From NCBI RefSeq assembly GCF_964355755.1, contig NC_092670.1:30368388-30432387 (forward strand): a stretch of 64,000 nucleotides of DNA, written 5' to 3'. Positions 60,801-64,000 of this stretch are shown here, in pieces. How positions within the stretch are numbered: position 1 is the stretch's first letter; every line of letters starts with the position of its first letter. The notes below the pieces were generated by a model. The model was not told the DNA's origin. It searched no databases and saw nothing but the letters and a program-made list of their open reading frames with translations. Origin of the DNA: Antedon mediterranea (lineage: Eukaryota; Animalia; Echinodermata). A program made the translations under genes and the position numbers.

Positions 60801-61032
60801 ATTATTATTATTATTTAAATATTTACAGCATGGTTGCAGTACTGATAAGTAATAACTATTAAACTTTTTTGTACTTTTTTTCCCAAGACCTGGATGCAGT
60901 ATGCCAGAAATATGGGACCTGGAAGATGATATGAATCGCGAGAAAGAAGCAACATGTTCTCGACTAAAAAAGAACCCAAACCCTTTCAGAGTGGCCTTTA
61001 AGAATAACATGTACACGGTACTTCGAGTATAG
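788..61032 (+). CDS. DPY19L1: DPY19L1-like C-mannosyltransferase, 5'-partial; join(788-875,1225-1362,1832-1952,2103-2254,2545-2736,3956-4033,4365-4451,4727-4783,5586-5666,6411-6512,8216-8287,8691-8776,8947-8974,9582-9701,10241-10415,59068-59167,60062-60187,60888-61032)
   Basis: Exons bounded by AG/GT join in one frame. They give DPY19 signatures [110 protein letters not shown]...[16 protein letters not shown] and [10 protein letters not shown]. Stop TAG at 61030-61032. Paralog assignment to L1 is from recalled similarity. Confidence 0.93.
1225..1362 (+). CDS. DPY19L1: DPY19L1 exon (GLYYSYYK...RFNLYPE)
   Basis: acag / gtaagt; inside ORF 1198..1422. Confidence 0.93.
1832..1952 (+). CDS. DPY19L1: DPY19L1 exon (VFLGMGFR...PPVANCE)
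   Basis: ttgcag / gtaaat; [10 protein letters not shown] matches the family TK.C..V.RG pattern. Confidence 0.9.
2103..2254 (+). CDS. DPY19L1: DPY19L1 exon (GIGDPSYFY...FFFNHGE)
   Basis: cgcag / gtaata. Confidence 0.93.
2545..2736 (+). CDS. DPY19L1: DPY19L1 exon ([14 protein letters not shown]...QFALLTQ)
   Basis: tttcag / gtattt. Confidence 0.93.
3956..4033 (+). CDS. DPY19L1: DPY19L1 exon ([13 protein letters not shown]...IAHS)
   Basis: tttcag / gtatat; frame-compatible with neighbours. Confidence 0.85.
4365..4451 (+). CDS. DPY19L1: DPY19L1 exon ([19 protein letters not shown]...LW)
   Basis: catag / gtgagt; FGN.ML.TS motif. Confidence 0.9.
4727..4783 (+). CDS. DPY19L1: DPY19L1 exon ([19 protein letters not shown])
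   Basis: taacag / gtaagt; phase 0 at both ends; poorly conserved region. Confidence 0.75.
5586..5666 (+). CDS. DPY19L1: DPY19L1 exon ([27 protein letters not shown])
   Basis: tatag / gtaagt; GT...K.L.S......DD pattern. Confidence 0.88.
5926..6080. repeat. 17-bp minisatellite (GTTCTTGTCCAGCCGTG), about 9 copies
   Basis: Direct reading; explains the repetitive spurious ORFs at 5856-6126. Confidence 0.93.
6411..6512 (+). CDS. DPY19L1: DPY19L1 exon ([11 protein letters not shown]...[13 protein letters not shown])
   Basis: attag / gtaagt. Confidence 0.93.
6879..6938 (-). repeat. tRNA-derived (SINE-head-like) segment
   Basis: Minus strand has an A-box-like TGGCTCGGTGG and a B-box-like GATCGAATC at tRNA spacing; no clean cloverleaf. 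Confidence 0.45.
7290..7983. repeat. Unclassified non-autonomous element with (AAAT)n and a terminal palindrome
   Basis: CpG-rich core; (AATA)n at about 7915-7933; palindrome AGGTTATATGCAT...ATGCATATAACCT at about 7953-7981. Confidence 0.45.
8216..8287 (+). CDS. DPY19L1: DPY19L1 exon ([24 protein letters not shown])
   Basis: ttttag / gtaagt. Confidence 0.85.
8691..8776 (+). CDS. DPY19L1: DPY19L1 exon (acidic loop [10 protein letters not shown]...NLP)
   Basis: ttctag / gtaaga; ends in phase 2, completed by the next microexon. Confidence 0.7.
8947..8974 (+). CDS. DPY19L1: DPY19L1 28-nt microexon (VPRPKPHAE)
   Basis: tgtag / gtaagt; restores frame and supplies the H.E before L.YH. Confidence 0.72.
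9582..9701 (+). CDS. DPY19L1: DPY19L1 exon (LLYHVFQL...[13 protein letters not shown]...SKQ)
   Basis: AAG acceptor / gtaatt. Confidence 0.9.
9868..9980. repeat. Fold-back MITE fragment
   Basis: GACAAAAAATGTG..ATGTGCCCA / TGGGCACATCACATTTTTTTGTC inverted arms. Confidence 0.5.
10241..10415 (+). CDS. DPY19L1: DPY19L1 exon (LFSFLG...[20 protein letters not shown]...TPK)
   Basis: ttccag / gtaggc; phase 1 donor opens the 48.6-kb intron. Confidence 0.92.
10470..10690 (+). mobile_element. Deu/Nin-domain SINE relic
   Basis: GGATAAGGA...AAA...GAGGTCC...GTGCAC...TCGCAAGAGTAGGGG resembles the recalled Nin/Deu SINE core. Confidence 0.5.
11482..11654 (+). repeat. DIRS left inverted terminal repeat
   Basis: 158-bp match to the right ITR with no mismatch seen, plus a distinct 15-bp left end. 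Confidence 0.93.
12058..13650 (+). CDS. DIRS ORF1, gag-like protein (530 aa)
   Basis: ATG start; N-terminal Cys/His finger (CIQC..H..CVSC..C....CEVC); Pro/Arg-rich C-terminus; first ORF of the element. Confidence 0.85.
   Translation: MPKQECIQCRGPRATLKWDRHMRCVSCRTCSQSDPCEVCVRWTPAKFASLPRPAGRVIEQKAVAIAPQEEGATAMDVPAENVPREEVPVVLAAPAHEPEAGSAPVPAADTELSPAVIQAIAAAVRAAPRDKPAVFPQPRPPYIPYIPVPPPQTPLSYSEGPSMEEGYTSDRTMLTISDEERAAQLRRPGEEGLQALVNKILPAVLEYLGIEYAFREPKPTPSTKRFSTFGVRTPLRKVTTCPVVPLDPELVDRVDAIARETSTRRPAPNILSCAFPVPRAQFDRYIAAPGVPDAAKDRVREDQGLEAGKTTYLAPTAAKTEDTLLTIDRAARETLRVTSVSGYLLSFLADPDHPREFDTEVIALLQQITGLIVDQQAFVSLTSAAARRVNVLQSTDIAPAHYRRFTASESLGAKDLFFGSFAQKEDKWAREREARRETRARFPQKRRASRGRSGPSRPPPPLPAPVPPQSRPQPSNVPPARPDTQASTSRARTPYGNNSYRYGRTARGRAGRSDATQKSGRRPGAFARRR
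13220..15661 (+). CDS. DIRS ORF2: reverse transcriptase, RNase H and Dam-like methyltransferase domain (true start uncertain)
   Basis: [29 protein letters not shown]; RNase H TDAS..GWG, HINLLEL, SDN, N..ADALSR; MTase-like IDLFA and YAFPP. Confidence 0.95.
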   Translation: MSTYYKVLISRQRIIAGSRLLSPSGLRTCFLVVSPKKRTNGRARGRPVGKRALVSHRSVGLAAAARARPGHLPLSQLRYRRSRDRSRRMSHRRGLTRRLLHLARAPHTATTATDMAGLHEAGPDGLTLPKRVVGVRVRLRAAGDAFDAPVPPSDGQVGGRLRRFARVWETLSEDRWVLSTIKNGYSIEFTSPPVSGGARSTRIPPEPHMRRALLDGLSTLLQKGAVEEIDARCTVSGHESTVFLTEKKTGDWRPILNLRSLNKRFIHPQRFRMETISSILLGLKHGDWAASIDLKDAYFHVPIAEADQRWLRFRILDRLYQFVALPFGLSTAPRVFTRIVRTLASFFHKHGIRVFMYLDDWLVVAQSKDRLMSSLQYVLLVTEQAGFIVNREKSCLVPTQSPLYLGAQINLVTGLASPSQQRIASAMSAVRNLISAHAPTAYEWLRALGCLASFVALVPYCRLRMRPLQLHLLAHYRPHLDSLHKVVLSNTFIQTHLEWWLVEGRLTVGMPIQKSLPDVRIETDASETGWGGCSKALRASGLWTAEEARSHINLLELWAVERTLKALRHHVAGRHVLIHSDNSTVVAYINRQGGTKSPTLCYHLWTLMLWCIDNNIMLSAAHIAGSLNVVADALSRQTLCPTEWRLLPSIAALIFDHFGRPHIDLFATSDNTQLPTFCTRFRDARAWAVDALSIHWDGLWAYAFPPISLIPNVLTRIQRHPCRVLLIAPGWARQAWYPLLLDLLYDHPLRLPDREDLLTQGRAQFPLRNLQSLRLTVWPLSGISSETQAFQMALPPSRRNLVGNLLLPSTIAD
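13720..16578 (+). CDS. DIRS ORF3: tyrosine recombinase with a long N-terminal extension overlapping ORF2
   Basis: TISGYRSAI core-binding region; catalytic R (KRRGELHAL), K (LAKT), CPVRAL, HxxR (HQVR), W and Y (FTSHYL). Confidence 0.93.
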   Translation: MGDPVGGQVGSLHNQERLFHRIHEPPGERGRSVDEDSSRATHETCAPGRPLHPAPKRSSGGNRRSMYRLRARVHRLLNRKKDRRLATHPKFKESKQAVHSSPEVSDGDNLIHPTGFKTWRLGSLDRPERCLLSRSYRRGRSTLATFQNPRPSVPIRRPAVRPIDGSARVYTHSQNAGVVLPQTWHKSVHVPRRLVGRGPVQGQTDEQSTICPSGNGTGRFHCQSGEVVPGADTIPVVPRSTDKSRYGLGISIPTTHRVCNECSTQSNICSCSDGLRMAQSTGLSGQLRCLSSVLPAAYETFTAASAGSLPTALRLPTQSGPVEYIHSDASRMVAGGRQVDCGNANSKISAGRPYRDGRFRDRLGRLLQGTSRLRPLDGRGGAIPHQPPRTLGSRKDLEGPSTSRGRSSRPYPFRQLNSGSIYKSSRRHEVPDVMLPPVDTDVVVHRQQHHALGCPHCGQPQCCCGRSVPTNTMSYGMAPSTQHRRTDIRPLRAASHRSVCDVRQHAAPDLLHTVPGCTCVGGGCPVHTLGRTMGVCIPTNITDSKCSDAHSAPSLPGPPDRPGLGSTSVVSTASRPALRSSPASSRSRGSADAGPSSVPIAELTIPAPDCMAIVRDQLRDSGIPDGPAALAAKSRRESTLTVYNSRLKHFFTWCRRQQVEPGSITLGQVCAFLHYLFESGLQVRTISGYRSAIGAITPTLKDGSSISASPVITQLIRGMFRERPPVKVLIPRWDVNVVLTALTRPPFEPMSKATLYNVSLKTAFLLALASCKRRGELHALSLEPGHVRFERAGVRLVFRKDFLAKTQTLKFSPPAVFVPTITSFSSADGDKLWCPVRALKWYIHRTKTIRDGVSHLFVASVPPYRAAAKATIARWVVATIQDAYTSSDTPPPAHMHQVRAVSTSWALFSGVPVADIMEAAWWRTQSTFTSHYLSDISANVAPVATAILKPRL
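16646..16743. repeat. DIRS internal complementary region (ICR)
   Basis: 16646-16690 is complementary to the left terminus; 16689-16743 is complementary to the right terminus. Confidence 0.93.
16778..16972 (-). repeat. DIRS right inverted terminal repeat with extension
   Basis: Reverse complement of the left ITR, then a unique end ...CCAACACCATTTCTGGTTTGTGTA. Confidence 0.93.
18015..18400 (-). mobile_element. Degenerate L2-type LINE 3' fragment
   Basis: Minus-strand translation [31 protein letters not shown] matches the L2 C-terminal R.LRS...G.RAFS.AAP pattern. Confidence 0.6.
21901..24323 (+). CDS. Nested receptor A: type I membrane protein with two Ig domains, Thr-rich stalk, TM and a long Tyr-motif tail; join(21901-23646,23967-24323), about 700 aa
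   Basis: Hydrophobic signal peptide; V-like domain ([22 protein letters not shown]); second domain ([20 protein letters not shown]); [26 protein letters not shown] followed by KHYKK; donor AAG|GTACAG and polyT-AG acceptor both phase 0; tail motifs YASV, YAAV, SEYMSI, YAEV, VYTKV. Confidence 0.85.
24943..25003 (-). repeat. tRNA-derived (SINE-head-like) segment
   Basis: Minus strand has A box TGGCTTGGTGG and B box GGTTCAAGTCC. Confidence 0.55.
25365..25625 (+). repeat. Interspersed repeat; second copy at about 62855-63130
   Basis: Shared blocks TTTGATT.GACGATTGT.GGTCAC, GTGCAATAGTACGCACTATTAA, CAACAGCGCC and GAAGTACATT.TTGGAGAGATAT. Confidence 0.8.
26390..27350 (-). mobile_element. Internally deleted, intron-containing Mutator-like (MULE) transposase
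   Basis: FLYWCH-like LVDSDGYQY...WRC..R....CKASV; then [38 protein letters not shown] and LWDEY; GT/AG-bounded gaps; the DD catalytic segment is missing. Confidence 0.75.
28081..28185. repeat. Imperfect palindrome / hairpin
   Basis: AAATAATAAATGTTT...GTGTAATGGT / ACCATTACAC...AAACATTTATTATTT. Confidence 0.7.
28470..29400 (-). repeat. Uninterrupted copy of the repeat into which the DIRS element inserted
   Basis: Reverse complement reads GTTGAATTATAAAAGTCGTATTTCCATATTTTGCATCAAAGTTCATGACATTTAAAAG, joining both DIRS flanks. Confidence 0.85.
29634..29682 (+). ncRNA. Minimal type I hammerhead ribozyme-like motif (Penelope-type)
   Basis: Stem I GATC/GATC; core TTGAAAA (U3-A8 variant of CUGANGA) plus an extra T; stem II GG.TT.CCA-TGA-TGG.TT.CC; GAAAC-GTC with palindromic stem III. 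Confidence 0.6.
29923..30255 (+). pseudogene. Receptor family B pseudogene (signal peptide and first domain only)
   Basis: [51 protein letters not shown] aligns to the 44422 and 56208 proteins; frameshift just after the ATG, in-frame TGA at 30059-30061, 3' truncated. Confidence 0.85.
34453..35304. mobile_element. piggyBac-type non-autonomous element (MITE)
   Basis: TTAA duplication (34449-34452, 35305-35308) and 12-bp TIR CCCTTTCACTGC / GCAGTGAAAGGG. Confidence 0.9.
35305..37915 (-). pseudogene. LINE B endonuclease-RT reading frame, interrupted by a MITE at 35304
   Basis: The 906-aa ORF; its last residues (TLSLRSII...) are MITE-derived. The true frame resumes at 34448 ([18 protein letters not shown]). 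Confidence 0.85.
39351..40157 (+). CDS. LINE C ORF1, L1-ORF1p-like RNA-binding protein (268 aa)
   Basis: Coiled coil followed by [28 protein letters not shown] and I.DD motifs. Confidence 0.85.
   Translation: MAEKKQPERKSQRNKDSDQYTSIDKEKGEQILCKLEKLNKLDEIADMLHTVVARLDAVETKHKKLEEELRGATNQLEASVDYLSSETSKLKEDINATKTDTIGRLEKRLDELENRSRRNNIVVWGVPESTETSSDCSEVITDIIKQYFNIETNIEIERAHRSPMGKLGYAQTIRKSTPRPILVKLLRYTDRDRILRAAPKLLKGKQYHGNFIFISDDVTSTVRADRAKLKVEQSKLRKDGKFALIPWSVPAYMLVKDGEGKLKRVYPN
40450..43365 (+). pseudogene. LINE C ORF2 (APE-RT), multiply frameshifted
   Basis: Collinear fragments at 40450, 41140, 41433, 41867, 42277 and 42997. Confidence 0.85.
44422..45417 (+). CDS. Nested receptor B1: single-coding-exon type I membrane protein, two Ig-like domains, TM, Tyr-motif tail (331 aa)
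   Basis: Signal peptide; EGLYLC and [16 protein letters not shown] Ig patterns; TM ending [10 protein letters not shown]; tail YQTV, NVYNTI, NVYVI, terminal YFVLES. Confidence 0.82.
   Translation: MYRSILYLVLLISLFDISKAFFEDEVGWRYRYNTSVNHSLAILPSDKKFEGQIGRKYPDNNTTVICSLFLLLNVLQNEEKQFEGLYLCQDIKDKKHYVVPSVTYKNGLDQEKPTKVNCKTNFGNIIEGKEASISCTLNNVKSIYKITTGWIQGKYSIIQSHNVDYQFSQTFTGFQAGDGIFFCCIMKNNKGKVKNNMGKVKNDMYICYTLILKVDQSLNVTSIILATSTSILTVIVLLLLFLLKRKSTNRPRPPVRYQTVNYPIRPEDENVYNTIDDTAVAAGRNVYVITGTQTDNQSSRDAETNDIELDTNSREFNGNDAAAPDYFVLES
46055..47024. repeat. G-rich 15/17-bp minisatellite (GGGGGGTAGTTG[AT]CC)n
   Basis: Direct reading; 29 identical 15-mers at 46406-46840, flanked by variant blocks. Confidence 0.95.
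48240..49502 (+). mobile_element. LINE D (CR1/Jockey-group), 5'-truncated
   Basis: ORF 48220-49197 with DFSNAFD, GVPQGS, FADD and IRPHLEY; (TAAAA)n tail at about 49465-49502. Confidence 0.88.
53096..53109 (-). other. Primer binding site, tRNA-Ser(GCU)-like, overlapping the gag ATG
   Basis: TGGCAACGAGGATG versus TGGCGACGAGGATG, the complement of the recalled tRNA-Ser(GCU) 3' end. Confidence 0.7.
53112..53237 (-). repeat. Gypsy 5' LTR (about 126 bp)
   Basis: Minus strand TGTGGTA...TACTACA with an internal AATAAA, followed by the PBS; outer boundary uncertain by 2 bp. Confidence 0.75.
53238..53358 (+). pseudogene. Orphan cytoplasmic-tail fragment of a family B receptor
   Basis: [39 protein letters not shown] carries the family motif YNTIDDT; abuts the Gypsy LTR. 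Confidence 0.72.
56208..57614 (+). CDS. Nested receptor B2: single-coding-exon type I membrane protein, three Ig-like domains, stalk, TM, duplicated Tyr module (468 aa from the ATG)
   Basis: Paralog of the 44422 protein ([52 protein letters not shown]); has an extra domain FKC..SWTLNG..GDYSVKC. Confidence 0.85.
   Translation: MVCSPLIFVALVSLLDVSGAIKGFVCWRYDHALVKHHLAILPIDDQFNADTLGKYPDKRLKCHLLISFNLQQYLGIYTCQDEVNNHYVVPSPRVKQIQPQSDLGVTCEHFRNVIEGEEVNISCRFNTIKNIGCVTTGWIQEKYSNVLSHNEMSFVQTLTGFQSGDGIFFYCIKAYCFTMILQVYPRINVNIQRYLYGSTPAVHVDTNCFKCYTDSVDGISIDSWTLNGNGLSEDYANQGKDEGCFENLPAGDYSVKCLVNTEAQKILVVSDFIVYDLHLRDAKTTSQITTSLQHNQVSTDISKKESKVGDTIAIILARSSSILIVIALFYLLKRKHTNRSEPAVYYHSVHNTSNVQQISAGDENVYNTIDDTAEAAGNDYITDPVTENHFRHSENNNQELNGSDVGVLQIIAGNQNMYNTIDTAEAAGNNLYVITDPITENGFRDSETNSRELDGYDVEAAQYFVLES
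59068..59167 (+). CDS. DPY19L1: DPY19L1 exon ([33 protein letters not shown])
   Basis: ttcatag / gtaagg; phase matches the donor at 10416. Confidence 0.93.
60062..60187 (+). CDS. DPY19L1: DPY19L1 exon ([15 protein letters not shown]...WCVRRS)
   Basis: aatag / gtaagt. Confidence 0.92.
60888..61032 (+). CDS. DPY19L1: DPY19L1 last coding exon ([11 protein letters not shown]...YTVLRV*)
   Basis: cccaag acceptor; stop TAG. Confidence 0.92.
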
Positions 61033-62854
61033 TATGAATAAGTACAAAATGGATTAGCAATATAATATTGGTATAGACCATTTTACAACCTTTAAGTAAG
61101 GATCTAAAGGAACTAACCAACAAAATGTGCTGGTTACAATTTATTTTTGATGATCATCTGTTTTGTTTATTGGGTTTTTTGTTAGAGTTCCAACTTTATT
61201 TATTTATTTGCAATTGATTAAAGCATGTGTCAAATATGGTTCCAACAGTTGAATAAATTACTGTACTGTATCTATGATACATCACTAGATCCTTTTTTAA
61301 TCTTTGAGTAAGGGAACAAGGATTTGTAAAGAACTATATTCAGGCATCACACTAGAAATGTACTCACAGTGCCTATTCTTAGCAGTGGGAGAAGAGAAGC
61401 TAGATAACTTCGGTGCTATGTTCATGTATCGCACTGGATCAGTATGCCTTTCTGCCTGGTGTATGAAAGTTAGGCAAACGTATAGTAATGCACTTGCACT
61501 GCCTTTCTTAGCATTAGGAGTAAGGATGCAATATTACAGTGCATTAGACTACTACTGTATCCATTATCATACTGTATTTCAGCTAGAGCTTTCAGTCCCA
61601 ACCAGAATGAATGGTGAGCTAAGTACTACAGATTGTTGGCCTTAATTACAAAATTGTAGAGAGCTGTTTTGGAAAAAATTATTTCAACTGTTAGACCATA
61701 GAGACAATACTTTAACATCTATGGTTAAACCACCATCAACATTTTGAAGAAATATTGTGAGGAGATTTTCACTGATTGTTTCATGTGAAACCTATACTTT
61801 TTGACAGACCAGTGTGTACCCTCATATCACAGTATGTCATTTCCACCACCAGGCAACAGTATCTGTTCATGTGCAATAATTTTCATTTTGTTTTCATAAG
61901 TGCTTTCAAATACTGTTTCCTGTTCATTTATTGTCAATATTTTAGATCATTTGGTTACCACAAATAGCTGACGATGTTGCATCAAACAGATGTGCTAAAT
62001 ACATTTTTTTAAAGCGTTTAAAAGCAAATAATGTAGTACAGCTAGCTAGATTTCACAGTGTTTGTTATTGTTTGCGTACATTCTACATGTATATATAGTA
62101 CTGTAGTTACTAGAGTTTTTAAAATTAAATTATTTGCATGCTATTTTTGCATTATATTTATATTTACTTTAATGATGTACCATTTTTCAAATATCAATTT
62201 AGTTTGTAGGCCTACCATTGATAGTAGGAAACCATTTTTTTTTTCAATTTAACAGCACTTAAAAGCTAGCGCCTTGCTGAGTGTTTGTTAGTAGGAATTT
62301 TTAAATCATTAAGCCTACTTTTCTAATACTCACCATATTAAAAAAAAGTCACCCATGAGGATTAAACATTTCTATTATATGTGGAAACAATTTCATTATA
62401 TATTGTTGAAATACCAGTAAGCAATTATATTTCAGCTGTATATTTAAATTATTCATAGTTTACAGACGGGTTTTAAACAACAAGACAGGAATGTTAGTGT
62501 CCTTTTAAGTTGGTCCCCTGGTTACATCCATCTCTAGTAATTGAGTTGGCAATGTTGCCATCAACCTACGTGTTATGAAAAAGTCATAGATCACTCAAAT
62601 CATGATATGTTTGCTAAACCTTACATATTTATAAACAATCTGCAAATTAGACCAAAAATACAAATTAGTATTCGCCATTGCTGTAAGGATAGTTATAAGC
62701 ATTACTGGGCGTTCTGTTGTTCGTTGTTTTTAAATAATTCAGAGTTAATATTTTATAAAATTATATATTTCCAATTAATATTTCTATAATTATAGTGTTT
62801 GGAATTTAAAATAAACAAAGTTTTCAACAATATTTAGATGATTTTTTCTTATTT

Positions 62855-63130
62855 TCCATATTTGATTGGACGATTGTTGGTCACATGGCGTGCAATAGTA
62901 CGCACTATTAACGATTGTTAAATAATACTTTTTCTTTAAATTGTTTTCGTGTAGGAAAAAAAAATATTTTCGCATACAGAAATTTTTTTTGAAGACCATT
63001 ACTTTAGAAATCCAACAGCGCCGCTTATTCTGTACTTCCGCCGCGATGATGCAAGTGTGATACTCTCGTATCGTTACAGAAGTACATTTTTGGAGAGATA
63101 TGTACTAATTTAGACCAAAAAAGCATTTCT
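62855..63130 (+). repeat. Second copy of the repeat at 25365
   Basis: Same shared blocks in the same order. Confidence 0.8.
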
Positions 63131-63144
63131 ACACATAAAATTCA

Positions 63145-64000
63145 CATTTATTTACTCATCCTTTATAAATATAGTTTCATAGCATAAATGATGGCAAGGA
63201 TCCTGCATAGAGAAGTTTACACTTCTGTTTTCGCAGGACCCTTTTACATAAAAACATAAAACAATAAACACAACATAATAGATAAAAAAAAAACAATTCC
63301 TATATACATCAATAAAATGTCTCTTTTTACATATTTTTTGAGTATTTTATAATTCTTGTTAACAATATCTAAGTGATTTCTACAAAGCTCGTTCCATAGT
63401 TTCGGTCCATGTATACTGATAAAATGTTGTCCAGACGTTAACCTAGAGTATGGTTGTTTTATACGCTACAAATATTTCGAAGATTATGGGTAGTATTTTC
63501 GTTTCTTTTGAATATCATTTGGATTCGTCTGGGTAAAACATTACCTTTAATCTGGGCCATGAAACCTAGGACGGTAACTCTGTTGACATCTTGTATGTTA
63601 AGTATATTTAATCGCTTAAACAGTGGCTCAGAATGTTGCCATGGCTTTTTAAATAAAATAATTCTAGCAGCCTTTTTCTGGAGTTTAAGAAGGGATTCTA
63701 GTGTACTATCATAAGTACTGCCCCAAATAATGTTTCCATACTGAAGGTGAGGTAGAATTAATGTATGTAAATTTGTTAAAATATAATTAGGAAAAAAATG
63801 TCTACTTTTTCCAATATTCCAATAGACCTGCGTTTTTTTTGCTAATAAGCCTTATATGATTTTTCCAGCAAAGGTTCTCATTTATTACAACCCAAAGAAA
63901 TGTTACATTTTTCTTTTGTTCTAAAGTAATGTTATTCATTTTCAATTCAATGTTGGTTGTAATAATACGCCTTTGGGAAGTTTTAAAGATTACGTAATTT
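63145..64000 (-). mobile_element. L2/Crack-group LINE 3' end, continuing beyond the window
   Basis: Minus-strand TLILPHLQYGNIIWGSTY...LQKKAARII...HSEPLFKRLNIL. Confidence 0.8.

Noticed and set aside
61304-62999. Short ORFs downstream of the DPY19 stop
   Set aside because: No motifs; likely 3' UTR or intergenic sequence

Overview
AT-rich animal genomic DNA, probably from an invertebrate deuterostome such as an echinoderm (inferred from gene and repeat style). The window is spanned by a DPY19L1-type tryptophan C-mannosyltransferase gene on the + strand. I traced 18 coding exons by hand from 788 to the stop at 61032; the start lies upstream of the window. One intron (10416-59067, 48,652 bp) is about 29 times longer than the next largest. 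It contains a same-strand nested cluster of immunoglobulin-superfamily type I membrane receptors with tyrosine-motif tails: three intact genes (21901-24323, 44422-45417, 56208-57614) and at least two broken paralogs (29923-30255, 53238-53358). Two of the intact genes begin with an unusual Ig-like domain that lacks the normal B-strand cysteine. The intron also holds an intact DIRS1-type tyrosine-recombinase retrotransposon whose circle junction and empty target site can both be read from this window, a nest of three LINEs plus a piggyBac-type MITE, a dead Gypsy element, a deleted Mutator-like transposase, a Penelope-type minimal hammerhead ribozyme and a G-rich minisatellite. No databases or programs were run; all calls come from reading motifs by eye.
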